DNA of 64,000 nt from contig JAKQDP010000070.1 in assembly GCA_029558735.1 (NCBI GenBank), positions 42,700 through 106,699 of the forward strand. Direction: 5' to 3'. A program made the translations under genes and the position numbers. This DNA is from a bacterium (GTDB lineage: Bacteria > Patescibacteriota > Patescibacteriia > 2-01-FULL-39-33). The notes under the pieces are model-generated. The model saw nothing but the letters and a program-made list of their open reading frames with translations, was not told the DNA's origin and ran no database searches. Of this stretch, positions 57,199 through 64,000 are shown one piece after another; position 1 is the stretch's first letter, and each line of letters opens with the position of its first letter.

Positions 57199-58089
57199 CT
57201 AATTAATTATTTTTTCCGCCACCCGCAATTTGGCGCTGCGACTGCGCGGATTATTTTTGATTTCACTGGCCGTAGCCGAAACCGGCTTCTTGGTAATAAT
57301 TTTAATCACCGGCCGCGCCAGTTTTTCCATTTTCCGAAAAAAATGCTTCACAATCCTGTCTTCGCCGGAATGAAAGGCTATAACCGCCAAGCGGCCACCC
57401 GGCTTTAAGGCGTCAATCGCCTCAGGCAGCGCTTGCTCTAGATTGGCAAACTCATCATTAACCGCTATGCGCAAGGCCTGGAAAACTTTAGTGGCCGGAT
57501 TCTTGAATGATCGCCCCTTAAAGTAACGAGCATAGACTTTCGCTACTGTTTCCGCCAACACTGGCGCTGTTTTAATCGGATGTCCACTCTGACGCAAATT
57601 AATTATTTCTCGAGCAATTGGCCGGGCTAATCGCTCCTCGCCGTACTGAAAAAAAATATTGTTCAATTGCTCTTCGCCACAATCAGCCAAAAGTTGAGCC
57701 GCGGTTGGCCGATTAGAAACAGGATTAAACCGCAAATCCAAATCGCCCCCCTGAAAACTAAACCCCCGATTACCGGCGCCGAGCTGGTCCGACGACAAGC
57801 CCAAATCCAGCAAAATACCGTCAACCTTATCAATCCCCGCTTCAGCCAATATTTTTTTTAAATTTTTATAATTATCATTAACCAGAATCAAATTATCGCC
57901 AACGCTATTTTGAACTACAGTCGGGTCCCAATCAATACCGACCACTCGACCAGTAGGCTTAACCCGCTCTAAAATCGCCAAACTATGCCCACCACCGCCA
58001 AAAGTGCCGTCCACAAACACTTGATTGGGCTGGGGATTTAACAGAGATAACACCTCTCTCAATAATACCGGCTGATGAATAGTAGTCAT
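57199..58089 (-). CDS. rsmH: 16S rRNA (cytosine1402-N4)-methyltransferase RsmH (MraW)
   Basis: HQPVLLREVL...VDGTFGGGGHS SAM-binding motif. Confidence 0.9.
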   Translation of the reverse strand: MTTIHQPVLLREVLSLLNPQPNQVFVDGTFGGGGHSLAILERVKPTGRVVGIDWDPTVVQNSVGDNLILVNDNYKNLKKILAEAGIDKVDGILLDLGLSSDQLGAGNRGFSFQGGDLDLRFNPVSNRPTAAQLLADCGEEQLNNIFFQYGEERLARPIAREIINLRQSGHPIKTAPVLAETVAKVYARYFKGRSFKNPATKVFQALRIAVNDEFANLEQALPEAIDALKPGGRLAVIAFHSGEDRIVKHFFRKMEKLARPVIKIITKKPVSATASEIKNNPRSRSAKLRVAEKIIN

Positions 58090-58126
58090 AAAACTGCTTG
58101 AAAAACCAAGCGACGACTAAGCGTCC

Positions 58127-58555
58127 TTAGACCCCCAAACCGCTGAGGGTTTCCGCTATCTCATTAGAATTCTTCTCGGTTTCGGCGTTATATTTCGCCC
58201 AACTGGCAGCATCCCAAATTTCCAAACGATTATATAAACCGGTGATAGTAATGTTTTTTTTCAAGCCGGCAAAATTTCTAAGGTATTCCGGCACGATAAT
58301 CCGACCCTGTTTATCAATTTCCACATCCATAGCGCCACCCAATAAATTACGGTTAAAAGCGCGATTATTGGTTTTGCTAAAATCCAAAGCGGAAACTTTT
58401 TCAGCCAATTTTTCAAATTCCTTTTTAGGATATAAGAACAAACAGTTATCCAACCCTTTAGTCACAACGGCTTTTTTGAGTTCGCCCCGAAACTTAGCTG
58501 GAATGGCCAACCGTCCCTTGGCATCAAGATTGTGTGAATATTGACCGACAAACAT
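58127..58555 (-). CDS. mraZ: Transcriptional regulator MraZ
   Basis: MFVGQYSHNLDAKGRLAIPAKFR and a second DxxGR repeat (IDKQGRIIVPEYLR). The internal Met is used as the start; the longest ORF extends to 58660. Confidence 0.8.
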   Translation of the reverse strand: MFVGQYSHNLDAKGRLAIPAKFRGELKKAVVTKGLDNCLFLYPKKEFEKLAEKVSALDFSKTNNRAFNRNLLGGAMDVEIDKQGRIIVPEYLRNFAGLKKNITITGLYNRLEIWDAASWAKYNAETEKNSNEIAETLSGLGV

Positions 58556-58703
58556 TGATTTGTTGTTAATCCTGGCCCGGCAGGGCGATTTATCCGCCCC
58601 GCCGGCTTTATTTTGAGGCCTATTAATGACCAGCAAAGAGAGAAACAGGCCGACAAGCATGGCAAAGATTTGACAAGATATTCTGATTTATATCCTTTTC
58701 ATC

Positions 58704-58746
58704 CACTTTAAGAACAGTTTATCCCCACTTTTCCCCACTTTTCACC
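58704..58746 (-). promoter_or_regulatory. Candidate MraZ operator: direct repeats of GTGGGG/GTGG at 10-bp spacing in the mraZ leader
   Basis: Minus-strand reading aGGTGaaaaGTGGGGaaaaGTGGGGataaa...aaaGTGGatg. Confidence 0.4.
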
Positions 58747-58757
58747 TTATATGTTTA

Positions 58758-58786
58758 ATTATACTCCACTTAAATCCAAGCGTCAA
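58758..58786 (-). promoter_or_regulatory. Candidate Pmra promoter (TTGACG-17-TATAAT)
   Basis: Minus-strand TTGACG at 58781-58786 and TATAAT at 58758-58763. Confidence 0.45.
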
Positions 58787-58872
58787 CACTGGATAACTTT
58801 TTATTAACAACAAAAAAAGACCAATTAAGGCCATTTTCAAGCAACCCCGAATTAATAATGGGGATAAAAATT

Positions 58873-59271
58873 TTAGCCGATATTCGGCTCCCGACCATAA
58901 GCCGGAAGAAGAGGAATAAATTTTTTTCTTCGCTTCAGACGGCTGATTGTTTTATTCACCAATTCTGCATCATAATTAAATTCTGTTGCTGTCAAGCCCA
59001 CAATGGGCAGTTTTCGAGCGTAAGCCAGAGCATTGGCAACGGCAATGCCAATCCGCAAATTAGTAAAACCGCCCGGACCAATAACCGCGGCCAAGCCGCG
59101 TAACTGGCCTAGTTTAACTCCGTTTTGGCGCAAAAAAACATCCAATTCTCGCAACAACTGATCAGTCGCCCGATTGTCAATGGTGATTTGTTTAATTTTA
59201 AAATTATCCCCACTCCGCGCGAGGATTATTTTGAGGCGATTATCACCCGAACTATCAATAATTAATACCAT
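58873..59271 (-). CDS. tsaB: tRNA threonylcarbamoyladenosine biosynthesis protein TsaB-like (short, N-terminal Kae1/YeaZ fold only)
   Basis: MVLIIDSSGD...AVIGPGGFTNLRIGIAVANALAY pattern typical of YeaZ/TsaB. Confidence 0.6.
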   Translation of the reverse strand: MVLIIDSSGDNRLKIILARSGDNFKIKQITIDNRATDQLLRELDVFLRQNGVKLGQLRGLAAVIGPGGFTNLRIGIAVANALAYARKLPIVGLTATEFNYDAELVNKTISRLKRRKKFIPLLPAYGREPNIG

Positions 59272-59879
59272 TAAAATCTGGTTTGATGAGTTAAATAATC
59301 AAGAATAATCAAATTTTTTCCCTCTAATAAATCATACAAAAACCGATCCGTAACATCGCGGCGATACTGAAAATCTTTAGCAGTCAATACTGAATACCTG
59401 ATTTCTTGCCCCAATTCCCGCTCAAAAATCTTAATCAATTTTAGCAACCGATTGCGTTTAACCCGACCGACAATCAACAAATCCGCCGGTGCGTCAGTCC
59501 GACCGACAAAAACCCCCGACAACAGAAAAAAACTGATACTGCCCAGGGCTTCGACTTTTTTAATCAGTGATTGTTCCAAAATCAATTGGGCCTTAATCAG
59601 CAAGGCCCGTAATTCTTCGACGAAAACAAAATTATTGTTCAGTTTGTAATACTTTTTGTTGTCCTTGAGCTTCTTTTCCACTTCCTTTTCCAAATCCTTT
59701 TTAGTATGGGAAGTGATAATACCAATGGTTTCCAGGTTTTCCAATTCCCGCCGGACCGAATTAAGGTGGGCGCCCAAGCGTCGCGACAATTCCCGAACAA
59801 AAAAATAATCATCCGGGTTATTTAAAAACAACCTCAATAACAATACTCTGGTTTTAGATCCAAAGAGACGCTCTAACAT
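59271..59879 (-). CDS. Hypothetical protein with an N-terminal winged-helix-like segment
   Basis: VRELSRRLGAHLNSVRRELENLETIGII resembles a wHTH. The remainder is unassigned. Confidence 0.4.
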   Translation of the reverse strand: MLERLFGSKTRVLLLRLFLNNPDDYFFVRELSRRLGAHLNSVRRELENLETIGIITSHTKKDLEKEVEKKLKDNKKYYKLNNNFVFVEELRALLIKAQLILEQSLIKKVEALGSISFFLLSGVFVGRTDAPADLLIVGRVKRNRLLKLIKIFERELGQEIRYSVLTAKDFQYRRDVTDRFLYDLLEGKNLIILDYLTHQTRF

Positions 59880-59966
59880 CTGATTTGACTATTTACTGGT
59901 TACTAATAAATATTGTATAATATTAGGAGCAAACTGTAAACCATCCCCAACTATAATTAATCGGAT

Positions 59967-62174
59967 ATGGAAGAACTGATTATAAAAATAAGCCAATTAA
60001 GCATTGAAAACAACCAAGCCGTGGCTGGGGATGTTTTTATTGCCGAAACAAAAAAAGAGTTGCGAACCAAATTGGGTACTATTTTTGGTCTAATTGAAAT
60101 TTTTAACCTGCCACCGGAATTTTGTGACAAATTTTTTGAAATTATAAATAATCTGCAAACTGAATATTATCTTCCGCCGTTTGACAGCGAGCTTGGTCCG
60201 GAAAAAAGATTTGAAGAATGCCTCCAACGAGCCAACCGCCGGATTAGCAAAATCATCCAGGAAACCAGCTATGATATCAAACTGGAAAACATTAATGCCC
60301 TCGTCGGATTAATGGTTAAGAATAAGATTCATTTAAGCCAAATCGGCCAACTTAACGCTTTTTTGTTTCACCGTAAAAAAAGATATGAAAATTTGATTAT
60401 TGACATTTTTGGCCAAGCCAGCGACAAGAAAGGCAAAATCAATCCTGATAAGATGTTTTCCAATATTATCAGCGGCGTGATCAGCCAGAAGGACGACCTG
60501 TTTTTTTCCAATGATGCCGTTTTTGAATACTTGTCCCAAAACCAACTGATGGAACTAATCAATGAAAACATCTCACCCATCCCCGCCCAGCAAATCAAAA
60601 AAATCTTGGAACAACAAGGGGGTAATGACAATTTTTATTCCATTATCTTCCAAACCGACAAACAAGCCGAACCAGCGGTGGCCATGGCGCCTCCCGTTTC
60701 AGCACCAAACAGAGTGGCCTCAGCGACCAATCGATCCGGCGACGGTTCGATTAAAAAACTGCTCGACACTCAAACGTCCACCGAACAGTACCTAATGCCG
60801 TCGACTATACCCAACTGGAAAAAAGTTATAATTATGTCGTACCAAATAATCAGCAAAGCCGTCACCTATTTGGCCGGTAATTTATTTCGACTGCTAAACG
60901 CCGGCCTAAAAATCAGCTGGCGCCGATTAAAGGGGTTTAACCGAAAAAACCGATCCGCCAACAACCAAAACAATAATCACCACCAATTGACGGCGACCGA
61001 TCGCCAAGATAACGCCGTTTATACTCCGGGCGCCAAACCGAGTCAAAAGATCAGTAATTTTATCAATCGTCAAATCGCCAAATTCATCCACCTGAAAAAA
61101 TTCCAACAACTACTGCTGATTATTGCCTTTATTTTAATTTTCTTTTTTAGTCAAAGCATTGTCTGGCAAGGCCAATTGGCCGGTTCTTCCGCTGGTATTA
61201 ATATTGACGATTTAGTCAAACAAATCGAAGAGCAAATCAATAGCGCCGAAGCCTTAAATATTTTTAACGATGAATCGGGCGCCAAAGACAAGCTTCGCCA
61301 GGCAGAAGAATTACTGGCTCAAATTCCGGAAAAAAAGAAATATGAACAGACTCGCCTCGACTTGAACCAAAAAATAGACGACTTGAAACAAAAACTGGAT
61401 CGCCTGATTTACCTTAATGACCCTAAAGTGGTGGCCGATCTCAATGACAAAAATCCCACTGCCGCCGCTGTCGGACTGGCTAAAACCGGCCGCTTGCTAT
61501 TTACCTTTGACAACAATAATCATCAGCTCTACCGAGTCGATCTGGAGCAACAACAATTGGCCGAATTTAATTTTGATCTGGGAACAATACAAAAAATCAA
61601 ACCCTTGACCGACCAAGAAATAATTCTCTTAACTGACCAGGGTGATTTCTATCGTTATAACGCCAACGACGCCGCCGCTCCGGTTAAGGTTTTAAGTTTG
61701 GCGGGATTAAAAGATTTTGATGTTTATGGCGGAAAAATTTACACTCTGAAAGACAACCGCCTTTTAAGGCATTTACCAGTTGACAGCAAATTTAATTCCG
61801 GCAGCAACTGGCTCAAGGCGGGCGCCAGCGCCGACCAAGCGCAAACGATCGCTATTGACGGGGGAATTTTCACCTTTAATAGCGATGACAGCGTCAATTA
61901 TTTTGAGAATGGTCAATCAACCAACAAATTTACTCCCCCGATCAAAGGCCAATTTTCTCCGGACCAAGCTTATACCAAGGCCGATTCCAATTATCTGTAT
62001 CTGCTTGACAAAAACAATAACAAGCTAGTGGTTTTGACCAAGCAAGGCGAGTTGAAGATTCAGTATACGTCCAAACAATTCTCCAATACTCAAGCGATGG
62101 CCATTGATGAGCCGGCTAAAAAAATTTACTTGCTCAGCAACAATAAAATCTACGAGATAACAATGGATTTTTAA
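59967..62174 (+). CDS. Large hypothetical membrane protein (735 aa): N-terminal cytoplasmic domain, central TM, coiled coil, C-terminal beta-rich extracytoplasmic domain
   Basis: TM LLLIIAFILIFFFSQSIVW at ~aa 385. The N-terminal domain has a weak PP2C/SpoIIE-like flavour (NALVGLMVKNKIHLSQIGQLNAFLF); this is not confident. Confidence 0.5.
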   Translation: MEELIIKISQLSIENNQAVAGDVFIAETKKELRTKLGTIFGLIEIFNLPPEFCDKFFEIINNLQTEYYLPPFDSELGPEKRFEECLQRANRRISKIIQETSYDIKLENINALVGLMVKNKIHLSQIGQLNAFLFHRKKRYENLIIDIFGQASDKKGKINPDKMFSNIISGVISQKDDLFFSNDAVFEYLSQNQLMELINENISPIPAQQIKKILEQQGGNDNFYSIIFQTDKQAEPAVAMAPPVSAPNRVASATNRSGDGSIKKLLDTQTSTEQYLMPSTIPNWKKVIIMSYQIISKAVTYLAGNLFRLLNAGLKISWRRLKGFNRKNRSANNQNNNHHQLTATDRQDNAVYTPGAKPSQKISNFINRQIAKFIHLKKFQQLLLIIAFILIFFFSQSIVWQGQLAGSSAGINIDDLVKQIEEQINSAEALNIFNDESGAKDKLRQAEELLAQIPEKKKYEQTRLDLNQKIDDLKQKLDRLIYLNDPKVVADLNDKNPTAAAVGLAKTGRLLFTFDNNNHQLYRVDLEQQQLAEFNFDLGTIQKIKPLTDQEIILLTDQGDFYRYNANDAAAPVKVLSLAGLKDFDVYGGKIYTLKDNRLLRHLPVDSKFNSGSNWLKAGASADQAQTIAIDGGIFTFNSDDSVNYFENGQSTNKFTPPIKGQFSPDQAYTKADSNYLYLLDKNNNKLVVLTKQGELKIQYTSKQFSNTQAMAIDEPAKKIYLLSNNKIYEITMDF

Positions 62175-62233
62175 ATCCGGAAACTTAAAGCACCCCCGAA
62201 TATTCGAGGGTGCTTTGATTGCTGAGCAATGCT

Positions 62234-62635
62234 TTACTTCAAAGTAACAGTGGCGCCGGCTTCTGTCAATTTTTTCTTAATCTGTTCCGCTTCTTCTTTT
62301 TTAACCGATTCCCGCACTATTTTGGGAGCGCCGTCCACCAAATCCTTGGCTTCCTTCAAGCCCAATTCAGTCACTTCTCTGACCGCTTTAATAACCGCGA
62401 TCTTATTAGCGCCAGCGGCCGTCAGTTCGATATCAAAACTGTCTTTTTCTTCAACCGCTTCCGCCGCGACCGGAGCAGCGGCAATGGCCGCAACCGGAGC
62501 AGCGGCAGAAACGCCAAATTTCTCCTCAAGCACTTTGACCAGTTCCGCCAAATCAATGACGCTCAACTGCTCAATTTGTTCCACCAAAGCCTTGAACTTT
62601 TCCGGAACCACTACTTCTTTTTTTTCTTCAGACAT
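62234..62635 (-). CDS. rplL: 50S ribosomal protein L7/L12
   Basis: Canonical L7/L12 sequence with an Ala/Pro/Val-rich hinge and C-terminal [24 protein letters not shown]. Confidence 0.9.
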   Translation of the reverse strand: MSEEKKEVVVPEKFKALVEQIEQLSVIDLAELVKVLEEKFGVSAAAPVAAIAAAPVAAEAVEEKDSFDIELTAAGANKIAVIKAVREVTELGLKEAKDLVDGAPKIVRESVKKEEAEQIKKKLTEAGATVTLK

Positions 62636-62662
62636 AATATTATCAATTATTTATTATTTAAA

Positions 62663-63187
62663 TTACTGTTTTTTATCCTTCAGGGCGCTTAAGGCATAAA
62701 CCAGTCCCCTAATATTGCCTTGCAGCACATTGACCAAGCCGGACATTGGCGCGGCAAGACTGCCAACCAGTTTAGCCAATAATTCTTCCTTGGCAGGCAA
62801 AACCGATAGTGCTTTGACCTTGGCCTCATCAATCAGGCCGTTCTCCAAAATACCGCCCAAAATCTTCATATTATCGTGGCTCTTGGCAAACTCACTGACC
62901 AATTTGGCCGGGGCCACCTCATCTTCATAACCAAAAACCGTGGCTATCTCACCCTCAAATTGCCGGCTGTCATCTTGGACTAATCCTTTTTCTGTTAATG
63001 TTTTTTTAAGCAAGGTTTTTTTGGTTACCAAATATTCAGCGCCCGCTTCTTTGCACTTTTGGCGCAATTGATCTATTTCTTTGACCGGAATGCCGGAAAA
63101 ATTGACAAACACCGAGGCTTTGCTTTTTTCAAGGCCTTGGCCGAATTTATCCAGCATATTTTTTTTCTGCTGTTTTGTTTTCGCCAT
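62663..63187 (-). CDS. rplJ: 50S ribosomal protein L10
   Basis: Canonical L10 N-terminus and the position upstream of rplL. Confidence 0.9.
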   Translation of the reverse strand: MAKTKQQKKNMLDKFGQGLEKSKASVFVNFSGIPVKEIDQLRQKCKEAGAEYLVTKKTLLKKTLTEKGLVQDDSRQFEGEIATVFGYEDEVAPAKLVSEFAKSHDNMKILGGILENGLIDEAKVKALSVLPAKEELLAKLVGSLAAPMSGLVNVLQGNIRGLVYALSALKDKKQ

Positions 63188-63189
63188 AT

Positions 63190-63312
63190 TTTTATAAATA
63201 AATTAATAAAAAAATCCGCGTTGCCGCAGACGATAATCGCTTAATTTAAGCTTTTTTCCTCGGCAGGTCTTATTGACGACGCCTGCTGTCTGCGGAATTT
63301 AATTTAGGTTGA
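63190..63312 (-). promoter_or_regulatory. Structured 5' leader of rplJ (candidate L10 autoregulatory leader)
   Basis: Long-range pairing ccgcagac...gtctgcgg enclosing ~60 nt, lying between the promoter and the rplJ start. Confidence 0.35.
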
Positions 63313-63319
63313 TGCGTTT

Positions 63320-63347
63320 ATTATAGCAGACCGCGAAAAAATGTCAA
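63320..63347 (-). promoter_or_regulatory. Candidate sigma70 promoter for rplJ-rplL (TTGACA-16-TATAAT)
   Basis: Minus-strand TTGACA at 63342-63347 and TATAAT at 63320-63325. Confidence 0.45.
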
Positions 63348-63356
63348 ATCTTAACC

Positions 63357-63396
63357 ATAAAAAAGGCGGCAGCAGGAATAATTTTCCCGCTGCCGC
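63357..63396 (-). terminator. Intrinsic terminator downstream of the window-end gene
   Basis: gcggcagcggg-aaaattattcc-tgctgccgc followed by tttttt on the minus strand. Confidence 0.5.
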
Positions 63397-63407
63397 AGTG
63401 AAACGAA

Positions 63408-64000
63408 TTAAATGCTACTAGCTGAGGCCGTGCCCAAGCCAATAGCCTCGATATTGAGGGAATACATTACGACTTGCCCGCCCAGGAGCAATTCGTAATT
63501 CCCGCCGACCAAAGCGACCTCCTCGCCGTTAAGCGTCAGGTCGATTTCGGCGGTATTGCCGCTCAAAATTCGGCTCTTTTTGGTGACTGAATCGTACACC
63601 TGGAAGACCGGATAGGCCAGAAAAGCATCCACTACCTCCAGGCTAAAATTAGCCCGAGAGGCAAAGCTACTGTTAAGGCAATCCGTGCCTGCCAAGGACA
63701 ACACTTCCGAGAAGCTATTGACCGGCAAGCCGCTGGCCAAGGCCTCAATTTCAAGGGCGAAGTTGGCCGGACTGTCGGTCGGCCACATCAGGGCCAAGCC
63801 AACACCGACCACGCTTTCATTGGCGCCGAGGCCAATGACGAATTGTGATTCGTCTGCCCCATTGGCATTGAACCGGCCTTCCAACAGGCCACTGCCATCG
63901 GTGTACTCAAAAGCAAACAGGGGTTTGCTATTGACATACAGCTGAGCAGTATTAGAGGTCACACTGCCGCCGGCGTTGGAAACGACGCAATAATAGCCGC
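63408..64000 (-). CDS. Hypothetical protein, partial (5' end beyond the window); Gly/Ala/Ser/Leu-rich, visibly higher GC than neighbours
   Basis: The ORF continues in frame to the window end with no stop. It occupies the position where rplK-rplA would usually precede rplJ. Confidence 0.45.
   Translation of the reverse strand, partial: GYYCVVSNAGGSVTSNTAQLYVNSKPLFAFEYTDGSGLLEGRFNANGADESQFVIGLGANESVVGVGLALMWPTDSPANFALEIEALASGLPVNSFSEVLSLAGTDCLNSSFASRANFSLEVVDAFLAYPVFQVYDSVTKKSRILSGNTAEIDLTLNGEEVALVGGNYELLLGGQVVMYSLNIEAIGLGTASASSI

Noticed and set aside
58556-58660. N-terminal 35-aa hydrophobic extension of mraZ
   Set aside because: MraZ proteins begin at MF.G...LD.KGR. The extension is probably untranslated leader, though a CPR-specific extension cannot be excluded.

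Overview
This 64-kb window looks like a compact, gene-dense bacterial chromosome segment. Almost all genes are on the minus strand, intergenic spacers are short and GC is moderate. Small proteins, minimal versions of UvrC, TruB and TsaB, and a large pilin/pseudopilin repertoire suggest a small-genome, possibly CPR/Patescibacteria-like organism, but that is inference. In order, the window contains:
(1) a cell-surface polysaccharide cluster (DUF4012 protein, three GT1 glycosyltransferases, a WbaP-like priming transferase);
(2) an RNase P RNA gene, found by motif and not in the ORF track;
(3) housekeeping genes rnhA, recJ, lepA, murJ, ADP-forming acetyl-CoA synthetase, ppdK and a PfkB kinase;
(4) a type IV pilus/pseudopilus cluster: PAS histidine kinase, major pilin, four pilin-like genes, a PilC with a C-terminal SH3b domain, PilB and a CheY-like receiver;
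(5) a DNA-repair block truB-uvrC-[RAYT transposase + candidate ~390-nt ncRNA]-uvrA-[small Cys-rich ORF]-uvrB;
(6) tRNA-Val and tRNA-Ala, a MazG-like protein, an MgtE-like transporter, a secreted SNase-like nuclease, an LRR-like repeat protein and a 418-aa charged hypothetical protein, ending at a tRNA-Gln whose 3' end lies in an 80-bp direct repeat;
(7) dnaX, a VirB4/TraC-like membrane ATPase module, corA, dus, cysS;
(8) the dcw cluster mraZ-rsmH-ftsL-ftsI-murF with a candidate MraZ operator, tsaB, and rplJ-rplL with the L10 leader.
Several small genes below the 60-aa ORF cutoff are supported by consensus promoters, ribosome-binding sites and intrinsic terminators. My coordinates may be off by 1-2 nt in places; a 1-nt inconsistency was seen near the dnaX start.
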